DNA of 64,000 bases, taken from assembly GCF_001194135.2 (NCBI RefSeq), contig NC_068982.1, positions 36,988,687-37,052,686 on the forward strand, given 5' to 3'. This stretch comes from Octopus bimaculoides. Lineage: Eukaryota. The position numbers were made by a program, and so were the translations under genes. Shown here piece after piece: positions 12,453-24,322 of this stretch. Position 1 is the stretch's first letter, and every line of letters begins with the position of its first letter. Below the pieces are notes generated by a model. That model was given only the letters and a program-made list of their open reading frames with translations, did no database searches and had not been told where the DNA came from.

Positions 12453-14685
12453 CAATATTGTACTTACTGGTATCACCACCTACTTAGTTTGTTAGTTCTG
12501 TGCTGCATCTGTTCTTTTATTAGTTCCCATCACATTTACAGTGCTATGTTCTATAGTTATAATAATAATGATAATAATAATAATGAAATAATTGTATACA
12601 GTGCTCAGGTGCACTACAACTTGTCAAAAGTGCACATAAAGCATATGCAGTATTGTACAAATGTCTGGAAAGTGAACAGTGTATGAGTCAGATACATACT
12701 TGCGTGTGTATGGAAGAGAGAAAATCAACACTTCTTGTGTGTGTGTGTGTGTTTTTCAGGTCATTGCTTGATAGAATCAGTAGACCATTGAACACAAGAC
12801 TGTGTGGTACTTAGTTATATATTTTAATTTCTGGATTCTAATTCAACAGAGGTTAACACTACCTTTACATATAAGACTGATAAACAAAAATGTCTAGTCA
12901 ACTACTGTAGACAGTCTAACTGACTAGCTCACTCAAATTTGAAGCTTTGTGTCCATGTTAGAAATCAATATCATTATTATTAGCTCTACTATGTTGCTGT
13001 AAACTTGGTCTCTGGATTCGTTTATGTTGCTTTCTTAGAAATAGCATCTCATTTTTCTTCATTCTTTCCATAAACTGTAAATTATTGCAGAATATGAAGA
13101 TATTATCTTGTCAAACAATTCTGCCAACCATATTAAGAAAGTAATTAGAAGATATTCCAATTGTGTGATTGCATTAGGATTAAGCTTTAAAAATTATAAA
13201 TTTATGCTTTGCAAATTTATATATAAAGCAATCAATTTTCAGTAAAGAATTACATATGTACCAATTTTGCAAAATTCTCTTGAGCAACAAACTGAACTGA
13301 ATTGAGGATTTAGCATCAATATTACTTCGATAAAACTTTTCAACAGCCATGTAAGGGTTGCAGTTGAGAATCAGTTCTTCAGGTGAATGAGAAGGCTTAC
13401 ACTTGAATGTATCAATGGTGATAAACGATTTCACGATTAAAACAAAAACAACTTAAAAAAAGGAAAATTATAGTACTTCAGTAGCTTCAGCAGATTAGGA
13501 GTTTTTTAATACATTGCCTAAAGTTTTTTTTTCTTTCTATGATCTTGTAAGAGCATCAAGAGACTTGTCAATAAAGATTTAGCAGATTCTATCAGATAAA
13601 ACAGGGAATCAAACAGCTTAGGTAGATATACAGATGATAGGAAGATATCTTTCTTTAAATATAGGCAAACATGTATAGACAGATTATTTTTATGATTAGA
13701 GTCAGACTGATTTGGTAATTACACTAAATGTTAAAATACATTTTTCCTTTCATATGTTTTAAAAATATAAGATGCTTATTTTTTTATTATTTGCCATACT
13801 TAGAATGATTGAGTACAGTATGAAGATAATCATTCATATTACACTGGTCTATAACAATTTTGCTTTTTGGGAGTTGAAGGTGGTTTTACACTCAGTTTTG
13901 GATGTTGATTTCCAAATATGACATCAGTTTTTGACTAACACATCAACTTTAGTTTATTAGCATCATATGTAGGAGTTGAGAAATTACTTGTTTTTAGCAG
14001 TTTAGAAAATTTACCAATAGTATTAATTCTTTGTTTCAAGCCGTGCTAGTCATTTAATATTGAAGTATTTACAAGACTTTTTTTAAGATGAAAGTCAAGT
14101 GTTTCTTACGAAGCTTATATACCACAACTACCTAGTTGTTGTATTACAGTGAAGTAATTAGAGAATAACACTTCAATGTAATAAAATTGTGCAATAATTA
14201 AATAAAGAAAACTAATACACTAAAAAATAAAATTGAAAATTAGTATTTTTTTTTTTTTTACCAACAATACTTGCAAAATTTTCCAATGTCCAGCCATTTT
14301 TTGATAACTTAATAAAAAATTGGACAGATCAGAGTCAGATATTGTGTGTGCGTGGAAGAAATGCATATTTTCTTCAGGTTATCATATCCAAAAACTTAGC
14401 TGCCATTAAGTCATTAATAAAGTTATCTAATATGTTGTCACACAAAGATTGATTGGTGAACATTTTCGAAGAAAGTTTTCATTAAAAAAAAACAAATAAT
14501 ATAGAAAATATCTTTAAAATGCAGCAACAATGGTATGAACGTAAATAATGAATATTGCTGAATGTAAATATGTAAATAAATGAGTGGAAGGTATTAAAGT
14601 TTTCTCCCTTAGATTAGAGGGTTTATAACTTCCTTTAAAAACTAAAATGTAAACAAAGGTAGATTAATTCATGTGGCTTCATGTA

Positions 14686-14920
14686 CAGGGTGTTCAAAGA
14701 GTCTCTCTGCAGTAAGTATTTTATTGCAAAATAAATATCTATATGATGGTATAAGACTGCAAAAGAATATCTTAGACTTTGCAAGATATTAAAAAACTTT
14801 ATAAGATGTGTTGAAAGTGTCGTCCTTCATTTTCAATACATAAGTTGACTCTACACATGTTTTGAAATACATCTTGGAGAGTCAAGATGAAAAAACATCT
14901 ACTGCAGAGAGAACACCCTG
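14686..14920 (-). mobile_element. Tc1/mariner-family MITE (235 bp) with TIRs and TA target duplication
   Basis: TA|CAGGGTGTTCAAAGAGTCTCTCTGCAGTA ... TACTGCAGAGAGAACACCCTG|TA (right TIR lacks 8 internal nt). The interior minus strand encodes TLQDVFQNMCRVNLCIENEGRHFQHIL*, a transposase C-terminus. Confidence 0.85.
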
Positions 14921-15553
14921 TAGTATAGAACTGACAGACAGTTATGGTATTGTATGAATTAGTGTCAAACAGGATGATAAGTTAAGATGCTGAGAATATT
15001 AACTGACAATTTTTATTACTCAAGAAACATTGGAAAGTGTATGTGCACCTTATGTAGAATAGCCTGTGAACTTTGAAAGGTTGTGGGAAAGGTAGAACTG
15101 TTAAAAATGCATCTTTGTTTAGAAGTTTTCCCAGGCTAGTTTGTATTCAATACTGTTTCTTATTTAATTCAGTATGAGTTGATGACATCTTCAAGTACGT
15201 AGGCCCAACAAAAAAACTAGGTTTTATATTGTATTTCTAGGTTGATTGTCATTAAAAGGTAAACATATAATCTAATATGGCTAGTATAGGTGGGCATAGG
15301 AAGTGATATCTTCTATTATATTTGTGGATCCTTTGCAACAGCAACACAGCAGCAATATGTTACAAATTCTATTAGAAGAGCATATTTCATGAGTTTTAAA
15401 GAGAAATTAGATGATCAAGATTATCTACAGGTTCCTCATTCTGCTAAAAATTATATCTAGTATTGAAAAATACTATTAAACAGTTTGAATTGCTTTTTTT
15501 ATAATCACTGATATATTTTTTCTAACCTTATTCTTAATTTTAATACATTTCAG

Positions 15554-15709
15554 ACTGAAAAAGCTCAATTGGATGTTAAATTTGTAGAGTTTGAAATTTC
15601 TCTGATGAAAGTCAAAGATTGGCTGAATAAAGCAGAAATGGTCATTTCAAATCATGAGCGTTTATCTTCTGAACAAAAGGTTTCCACTGTAGAAAGAGAT
15701 AAAATGAAA
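15554..15709 (+). CDS. DMD: Dystrophin internal coding exon A (first half of a rod-domain spectrin repeat; similar to human exon 36)
   Basis: Acceptor ...ctaaccttattcttaattttaatacatttcAG with a CTAAC branch-like motif; donor AAA|GTAAGA. 156 nt, phase 0/0, open: TEKAQLDVKFVEFEISLMKVKDWLNKAEMVISNHERLSSEQKVSTVERDKMK, with the helix-A Trp (DWL). Joins in frame to exon B. Not in the ORF track. Confidence 0.88.
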
Positions 15710-17329
15710 GTAAGATATATTTTTATTTTGTTTTCTTAAACTCTGTTTTAGGGATTATAGTTTTAGCCATGCTGGAAAATTACCTATTCCTTCATGTTAT
15801 GATTTATGCCTTAAACTTTAATATTATACCATGTTAAAATATTCTGTTATTCCAGGTCACCTTTGTTTTACATTGCTTTTCAAAATGAAAACATGCAAAA
15901 GCTTTCAAATATATATAACAAGATGGAAAGTTCAAATTTATAGTAGCCTTACTGTTTTGTATGGCTTAACTTTTAATTACTACATGTATGGAAATGAATT
16001 TCCTAAGTGTCAGTTATCATTAATTAAATCCTAAGCATTTTAAAAACATACATGTATTCCTGAACATACCAGTAAAGAAGGAACTGTTTACTTGCATGCA
16101 GAAAGTTTCTGAAACATCAAATGAGACATGCAGCATTTTTAACTTAGGGATTACACTAATTAACAATTATATAGCTAATAATTATACAACAATTGCACAA
16201 TACTAGAATTATACAAATAAGAAATAAATAGAGTTGTAGGATTTGTTGGTATTGAAAGGGTCTCTCAATCTGTGCAATAGACAGACTATATAAAACCTGT
16301 AATTGTTTTGTTGGTAGTGAGACATGATTATTGATGTGAAAGATATGTGGAGGTTGAAGAAAAATGCAAGAACCATAATCTTCTGGATTTGTAATATTCA
16401 CAATGTGAAGCAACTCTCACCAACCTTTTGTTTGGTGAGTATGTGATTGTATGGGTGAAAGACTACAGTGCTGTGAATGGACAAATGTTGAATGAAAATA
16501 CACCAAATGCTGCTACTGGAAAAAAGAAAAAAAAAAGGTGCAATTGAAACTACAGATGATGTTTTTCAAATGAGATGTTAAACACTTAGTGGAGTCAGTA
16601 CATATATGGTAGTCCTCTTCAGTACATGCCAACAAAAAAATTGATATTGATATTGATAGATATATACATAGCTATGTATCTATGTGTGTGTCTATATCAA
16701 GGACATACCATTGGGGTAGGTAAGGTAAGAAATTTTCACCTATGTTAAAACTATGAATATATATTAAATATTAAATAAGTGATTGATTTCCAGTAGTACA
16801 TTGCAAAAATGCTACTTCAATGTTTATAAGATAGTGTGTAATTCAATAAACATCTACTATTTTGATGTTATAAAGGCATAACTTCTTAAAACTTTTAAGT
16901 TCATTGTATACCTTAGGTGTAATACAATTGAACCTACATGCTGTGAACTCAGCTCTAAAAGTACATTAAAAATGAGGTGGATAATATCAAAAATTTTTCT
17001 TCCGTTAAATGTCATGACAGTGAAAGTGTGTACATGTGTGTGTTTACATGCCATGATTGAGCTAATTTTTATTTCATTTAAAATAAACTGGCAGAGATAC
17101 CCGACATTGCTTGGGATTAAAATGGCATAGTTTGTATATATATGTGTATATATATAACAGTTATATTGTTTTAATCCAAATGAAAAAAAAAATTACATGT
17201 TGACACTCATGGGGTCTGATACTATTACATTGTAAAATTTGAGTTGATTTGGTCGAGCCATTCGAAAATGCATAGAAAACAGACTGAGAGACAAATAATT
17301 TTATATATATAGATTTGTGTGTATGTAAA

Positions 17330-18336
17330 TTCATGTGTGCAAACTGCCATGCTTCACAGCAGTGAAACATGGGCCGTGACTGCTGAAGACATGCGTAGGC
17401 TCGAAAGAAACGAAGCTAGCATGATNNNNNNNNNNGTAGGCTCGAAAGAAACGAAGCTAGCATGATCCGCTGGATGTGTAATGTCAGTGTGCACACACAA
17501 CAGAGTGTAAGCGCCCTGAGAGAAATATTAGACATAAGAAGCATCGGATGTGGTGTGCAAGTGAGATGTTTGTGTTGGTATGGTCATGTACTGCAGATGG
17601 ATGAGGAGAGCTGTGTGAAGAAGTGCCACTCCCAAACAGTGGAAGGAATCTGGGGTAGAGGTAGACTNNNNNNNNNNGAAGAAGTGCCACTCCCAAACAG
17701 TGGAAGGAATCTGGGGTAGAGGTAGACTCAGGAAGACATGGGATGAGGTGGTGAAGCATGACCTTCGAACATTGGGCCTCACAGAGGCAATGGCAAATAA
17801 AGTGAGTTAACAGCTGTAACCTACACCAGTGTCACATAACCAGCCCACTCAAAAGTACCTTGGATCGTAGGGCGACATGCCGTGCTTGAGGAGACCTATT
17901 GAGTTAAGTACATCAATATCAAAATCAAATCAAATTACAATCAAATGGAAATTATAGTTGTGACCCCCATGCCGGTGGCATGTAAAAAGCACCATTCGAA
18001 CGTGGCCAATGCCAGTGCCGCCTTGACTGGCTTCCATGTTGGTGGCATGTAAAAACACCATCCAATAGTGGTCGATGCCATCTCCTCTGACTCCTGTGCT
18101 GGTGGCACGTAAAAAGCACCCACTACATTGTCGGAGTGGTTGGCGTTAGGAAGGGCATCCAGCTGTAGAAACCTTGCCAGATCAGACTGGAGCGCGGTGC
18201 AGCCTCCTGGCTTCCCAGNNNNNNNNNNAGATCAGACTGGAGCGCGGTGCAGCCTCCTGGCTTCCCAGACCCCAGTCGAACCGTCCAACCCATGCCAGCA
18301 TAGAAAACGGACGTTAAACGATGATGATGATGATGA
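17330..18336 (+). mobile_element. 5'-truncated RTE LINE: ORF C-terminus plus 3' UTR ending in (GAT)n
   Basis: Encodes ...TAMLHSSETWAVTAEDMRRLERNEASMIRWMCNVSV...WYGHVLQMDEESCVKKC...GRGR, a typical RTE C-terminus. Followed by a UTR ending CCAACCCATGCCAGCATAGAAAACGGACGTTAAACGATGATGATG. Contains three 10-N gaps. Confidence 0.9.
17395..18268. other. Three 10-N assembly gaps with exactly duplicated flanks (17426-17435, 17668-17677, 18219-18228)
   Basis: 31-, 51- and 40-nt sequences left of each gap are repeated verbatim to its right. Further gaps lie at 30607-30616 and 53322-53331. Confidence 0.9.
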
Positions 18337-18899
18337 GTAGCTATTTTTGTTTATGTGCATATCTTTGCACAACTCATCCAATCTTTATTTATTCTGGTGT
18401 GTGTGTACATATGTATGTAAAAAAATAATGATAAAGCTTTTTGTTGACATTTTATTTTAATAAAGTAGAGCCTCCTGTTACCCTGAACCTTGCATAAGAA
18501 ATTAGGTTGACAGAAACAGTGAAAGTTCATCTGATGGACTGCATCTATAATTCAAAAGCTAGCTTTGTCATATACATAAAGTTGTGATGGTACTACCTAA
18601 GGGTTAGCTGAAAGAAACAGGCAACAGTGGAATACTTGGCCACTTATACTATAATTCAATAAGAAGGCAACTTAGCTCGTTAAATAGTTGGCATGCTCCT
18701 CTGCAAAACAAACATCAGGTCCAATAACTTTTTTTATATATGACTCTATATGTAGGTTTATTGTTTACAAATAAAATAAGAGTTCTCAGTACATAATAAA
18801 ATGTTCCTTGACAATCCCTTCCTTAGGTGTCTCAAGTTGCATACACAGTGCATGCACAACACTATATATCTAAAATGCACCAGTTGGACCTATTCTCAT

Positions 18900-19270
18900 T
18901 AGTTAAGGCAGGTCACATGGTCAAATATTTGATAGATCTTTAATGACATTATTGCTGGCCAAAGCACTCAGTCCAGATGTCTGATCATTGCCAGAGAACA
19001 TACATGATATGTGTAGAATTTGTTTATCTGGGACTTGAAATGGCAGGGTATGTATTCTCAGTGTTTGGAAACTATCCGAAAGAAAATTTCTCCAATAGCA
19101 TAAAAAGTCTTGAGTACTTAATGTGTACAGTGTTTGTGGAAGAGGAAAACCTAGAAAGATATGAGATGAAATAGTGAAAGCTGATGTCAAGATGATGACT
19201 CTTACAAAAGTGAATAAGGGACCATTACAATTGATGATATGCTGTACTGGAGAAAACTCACTCGTTAGCC
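18900..19270 (+). mobile_element. Older RTE LINE C-terminal remnant
   Basis: Frameshifted ...CGRGKPRKI*DEIVKADVKMMTLTK... matches the RTE C-terminal GRGRPRKTWDEVVK.DL..M.LT pattern. Confidence 0.65.
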
Positions 19271-19548
19271 ATGGTGTTCTCTCTGCTCCCATCTGTCTCT
19301 CTTTCTGTCACTGTTCTCTTGCAGCTTTCTCATTTGGAATGCTTTCGTTGCATTCATCTACTTTTCTCTTATCCACTGCCTCTCCTTCTCTCACTGTACT
19401 CTCCCCATAGTTTCTGTACCACAACATATTCTGTGGGTAGAATTGTGAAGGTCTCAAAGAATAAACAGATAAATGGATTTAAGAATGTTCTTGTACCAAT
19501 ATAAACATAAAGAAGTAGGAAAACTTTATAATATAAAAATGAAACTCA

Positions 19549-19678
19549 AAGGGCATCCAGCTGTAGAAACTCTGCCAAATCAGATTGGAGGCTGGTATTG
19601 CCATCCGGTTTCACCAGTCCTGTCAAATCGTCCAACCCATGCTAGCATGGAAAGCGGACGTTAAACGATGATGATGAT
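19549..19678 (+). mobile_element. RTE 3'-tail fragment, (GAT)n end
   Basis: AAGGGCATCCAGCTGTAGAAAC...CCAACCCATGCTAGCATGGAAAGCGGACGTTAAACGATGATGATG; same UTR family as 18130-18336. Confidence 0.85.
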
Positions 19679-19689
19679 ATACCTGTATG

Positions 19690-19693
19690 CATA

Positions 19694-19738
<45 letters not shown>
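19690..19738. repeat. (CA)n microsatellite adjoining an RTE tail
   Basis: Direct reading. Confidence 0.95.
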
Positions 19739-19740
<2 letters not shown>

Positions 19741-20705
19741 CTTTTGTATGTGTGTATATGTATATATCTCTATATATCTTTGTATCTATGTGTTTTTATA
19801 TGTATGTGTCTTTTGTTATGCGTTTTCTATCTCCCCCATACTTCACCCATTCTTAACTCTCTGCCCTGATTCTTTCTCTATTCACCTTCTTGTACCTAAA
19901 GGTATGCCCTGATACCTCATCTTCACTATCCTTTCTCCTTTTCCTTCTATCTCCTCTTCAGCAAGTCACATGTTCATGTCTCTCCCACATTAACCTCCCC
20001 ACACCTGGCACAAAGCCACATCTGTCAATATTGTACCCTCTCCCCATTGTGGGGTCACCAAATAACTCACAAGTATCATTAAAAAAATAGCAGTACACTT
20101 TGCAAGGCGGTTGGCATTGAAACTTTAAGCAGATAATGGAGATCAACTCAGCCCTTAGGGTAGTCAAATTCAGCCAAACCATCCAGCCCATGCCAGCATG
20201 GATAATGGGTATTAAATGTTTATACATACAGTATAATCCAAAAGTTATACCAGAAGATATAACACCTTACCAAAAGGTATGGACATAGTAGATGAGTTCC
20301 ATACTTCACTTCTATCTCCAATTTGGTGAGACAATCTTCATGAGTTAACTGGGGTAGTGTTCTGAGTCCATGTGCCTTATATAAAAAAGAAACACAGAAA
20401 ATGTAATCAGTATTTATGCTTTATATAATGTACACATGTTTCAGAAGACCAACAAAATATTAACTACGTGAACTTCTTCAGCAATACCAAGGAGGAAAGC
20501 TAGCAGCATTTGTTGCATAAATGGACATTAAATCTCACATAACTTCTGTTTGGCCAGTTCATTAAAATCTCTCTCCCTCAATATTTTTGTGTGGATCACA
20601 ACAATGTCTTGAAAACTCCTCTTTACAATATAGATTGATCATTTTATTTAATTATATGTAAATCACCTGTCATTGTCATTGCTTATTGGACTAAGAATGC
20701 TAATA

Positions 20706-21090
20706 TTTGTGGTTAAGAAAGTTACTTTGTTACCACATGGTTCTGGGTTTAGTCCCACAGTATAACACCTTGGGCAAGTGTTTCTATAGTCTTGGGTCCA
20801 CCAAATCCATGTAAGTGGATTTAGTAGATGGAAATTGAAAGAGATTGGTTGTGTGTGTGTTTGTATTTGTCTCCCTACCAACACTTGACAACTGTTATTG
20901 GATTGTTTTACATCCCTGTAACTTGGCAGTTCAGCAAAAGAAACTGAAAGAATAAACACCAGGCTTTAAAAATTAAGTACTGAGAGAGATTTATTCACCT
21001 AAAACATTAAGCAAAATTTTAATCATTTAAAGGTGGTTCTCAGTCCTATGGTTCTCAGTCCTATGACTGAAACAATTAAGAGATTAAATA
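20706..21090 (+). mobile_element. SINE family A
   Basis: TGTGGTTAAGAAAG...GGTTCTGGGTTTAGTCCC (B-box-like)...CCTTGGGCAAGTG...ATGACTGAAACAATTAAGAG. Confidence 0.75.
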
Positions 21091-21413
21091 GAAAGGTTAA
21101 ATAGAAACTTTTTGTTTGCATATATCCTGTCTACTTCATAACTGGAACTAGTTAATGTTGATAAGATAACGTATCTTTTAAATAAAAAATTACTATGAAT
21201 ATATCACCTAAACTAATTATTATATACTAAAATTGTCTGTCAGAAAACTGCAACAGTAAAGTATATTTCAGTCAGTTTATATAATATGTTGCTATAATGA
21301 ATATATGAACAAAGTTTGTAACGGAGAGTATATTCAATAGTTAATTCTTGATTAGCTTCTTGTGAGCATCTTTTTCATTATTTTTCACCATGATATACAT
21401 TATATATAGCTCC

Positions 21414-21568
21414 AGGCATGGCTGTGTGGTTAAGTTGATTGCTTCCCAACTATGAGGTCTTGTGTTCAGCATCACTGCATGGCACTGTTGCGAAAGTATC
21501 TTCTACTGTAACTGTAGGCTAACCAAAGCTATGTGAGTAGGCTTGTTAGATGGCAACTGAAAGAAGCC

Positions 21569-21607
<39 letters not shown>

Positions 21608-21844
21608 TGATATATGTATGTGTGTTTGTGTATTTGCTTACCTTGATATCACCTGAGGGTTGTAAACAAGTGTGCTGTTCATTTTCAGTCTTTGAAAAAT
21701 GTCTGGCCATGGGAAATATTACCTTACTGGGAAACAGGTAAGAGTTGCTAATAGGAAAAGCATCTCACTGTAGAAAATCATCTGCCTCAACAAATATCTC
21801 TGATTCATGCAAATATGGGAAAGTGGATGTTTAAATGTTGATGG
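21414..21844 (+). mobile_element. SINE with a family-A head but an RTE-derived tail
   Basis: Head GGCATGGCTGTGTGGTTAAG... as in family A, an internal (TA)n, then ...GGAAAAGCATCTCACTGTAGAAAA...CATGCAAATATGGGAAAGTGGATGTTTAAATG, similar to the RTE 3' end at 18140-18336. Confidence 0.7.
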
Positions 21845-22735
21845 TATATATTATTACACATTACTATCTTAATTATCAAAAGATGTCACATGATCAGGCT
21901 GTGAAGGATTAAGCCTTTCTAGATTAAATTCATACTTGAATATTTGGTTTGAAATGTTTGCATTGCAATAGATTTTACTGAAGGCCCCATGAATCAGGTG
22001 TAGATAGGGATAATGTTGAGGAAATTTTATGTGCATTTTTTTTTTATCTCATTGTTATAATTTAAATGATTTTTATGTTAAAACAAACAAATCAGGCTCC
22101 TGTAAACGATTAGATATTTATCCTGTTGTATTGACAGCTTCAAATTGGGCCAACAAGAAAGACTCTAACCCAAGCTTACCATCTTTAAGAAGGATATAAG
22201 GTCCAAAATGCACAATCTCAGGGATGTGGGGAGACAGGCTGCTCATGAATGTTACACTTTTAAGTATGAGTCTGTTCAGCTGAGGCTGACTTGGGGCTAA
22301 ATGCCACATTATTTTAAAATCAACGTATTAAATTTTCAGTTAAACTTGCATTGCACAGAATATTCTTTAGCCAGTTTTAATGTTTCAGTTACCATTAATT
22401 TCCAGTTGGACATTTATCAGCTCTTAACATTTTTTCTCTTTTTGTTACATACTGTATCTTATTTGTATCAAATGGTCAAACAAATCTGGGAGAAACTTGT
22501 TGATGTTATTTAAAGGTATAACAGAGAGAGAAAGGGAACATTGCAGATGTTTATTGAAATACTGGCTTTGTAAAGTGGTATAAGAAACAGGCTAAACTAT
22601 GCATACATCATTTAAGCAATCTAGGCGAGTGTTCAGAAAGCAAGTTGATAAATTTTTTTTTCCCCCTTTAGCATTACCATTACAAAATCAGGCAAAACTG
22701 AATTTAATATTCACCAGTTTCTGTATCCTGACATA

Positions 22736-24322
22736 CCGTAAAAACCCATGTGATTTGCACACCTGTGTAATTTATGCAGGTGCTTTTCAGGATAAAAATT
22801 ATTAAAAAAAGCTTCTACTCATGTAAAATTAACACCCAAAAGTTTTCAGAATTGCCAATATGGCCAGGGGAAAAGGGTTTTCAGTTTAGTTGTATTTAGC
22901 ATAATTTCACTTACTTATGATTAGATTTTATTAAATTTTCATTAAATAAAAATAATTTCTGTTCAACAGGTATCACATTGAAAGCTATTAAATTACGGAG
23001 TGTTTGTGTTGTTTATAATAAACTTTATTTTACATTTCTTGCCCACAAGAGCTTTAGCAAACTTCTGTATGTCTCCGATCTTCTGTATGTCTTAGATCTT
23101 TAGCAAATTTCTGTGTGTCTTCTCAAAATCATGATCACAGGAAAAGTTGATAATTCTTATCAACAAAAACAAACCTGATAAATACGCACAAGTGTTGCAA
23201 AATAAGTTTAATTACCAATAAACATCAGCTTGGATGACACTTTACTCAATCGACAGAGGAAGGTGACCAATTAAACTGATTATGTAAACAGAATTCTGAT
23301 TGGTCGAAAGTGTCTTTTTGTCTCAAGCTCTGATTTTCTGCCTATTCTTGTCGGAATCTTTGATACAGAGTATCGAAATTTTAATCCCTTTCACACTTAT
23401 AAAATGTCAAGCAAACTTGACATTACCGTTTTAGCTGGGAGACCAAACTGATAGTTTGATAACCCGCTAAAATAAGCATTAAAGATCGAAAGGAGAAAAT
23501 AAACAGCTTTGTAAGTTTAACTCAGTGTTTATTGCAAAAGAGAGGTGCAAAATTTAAGAAGCAACTTGTTAAAATATACATGTCTCTGAGGAGACATAAA
23601 CAAGAATAGCAAAAATCTACTATACCAAAAGAACTGGTAATACATAGATTACAAGTGTTCTATGAAGAGAACATAAGATTGCTGCCTAATTCAACATGAA
23701 TGTGAAATGACATTAAACATCGTATAAGGTAGATGAAAGTTTCTGTAGGAATGCTAAGTCATATTCACTTAATGCAACGATGAATTATGAGGTTGTCATC
23801 AGCGTTAGGTGCAGTAAGAGCTGGTACCAGCAATGTTGGCGATGATGAATTTCTTTGTTGTAACACAGAGAAAGTGAGCAATAGCTTCCTGGAGGCAAAC
23901 ACAAGCTAGACTTCTTAAGCAGAGAAAAACTGATTTATTTAAGGAAATTGCTGGTCTCCATTGCGATACGTAGAAACTCCAAGCAATGTAAAATATAGCC
24001 CGGACTGTGATTGCCAACATGAATGTCAAACTTCAAAAAGTAGTTAACCATTTAATGGTTTTAGTAAATTTATACAGAAAAAGTAAGATTTGTACCATCC
24101 AGCATAAATAAAAGTCAACTTCATGATATTTTTTGTGTGAAAACCTACTCTGACATTAAATGAGTCAACTTCCCTTACAAATATTTACATTTGTATGTCA
24201 TTTCTCAACAAAAAAATTTTCTAAAAAAATTCTGGAAATGATCTACTCATGTAATTTACATACCCCCTGAAGTTTATTTTTGTTTTTGTGAAAAAGTGTG
24301 TAAATTACATGGGTTTTTATGG
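22736..24322. mobile_element. pogo-like DNA transposon derivative (~1.6 kb) with 27-bp TIRs and TA duplication
   Basis: TA|CCGTAAAAACCCATGTGATTTGCACAC ... GTGTGTAAATTACATGGGTTTTTATGG|TA (24/27 match); subterminal repeats TCTACTCATGTAA at ~22814 and ~24242. No intact transposase; only faint + strand similarity. Confidence 0.75.

Noticed and set aside
13060-13440. Possible RT remnant (EYEDIILSNNSANH...ALGLSF, resembling YADD-region sequence)
   Set aside because: Similarity too faint to support a call without a profile search.
17395-18268. Apparent tandem duplications inside the RTE copy
   Set aside because: Each duplicated 31/51/40-nt unit flanks a 10-N gap exactly, the signature of unmerged contig overlaps rather than biology.
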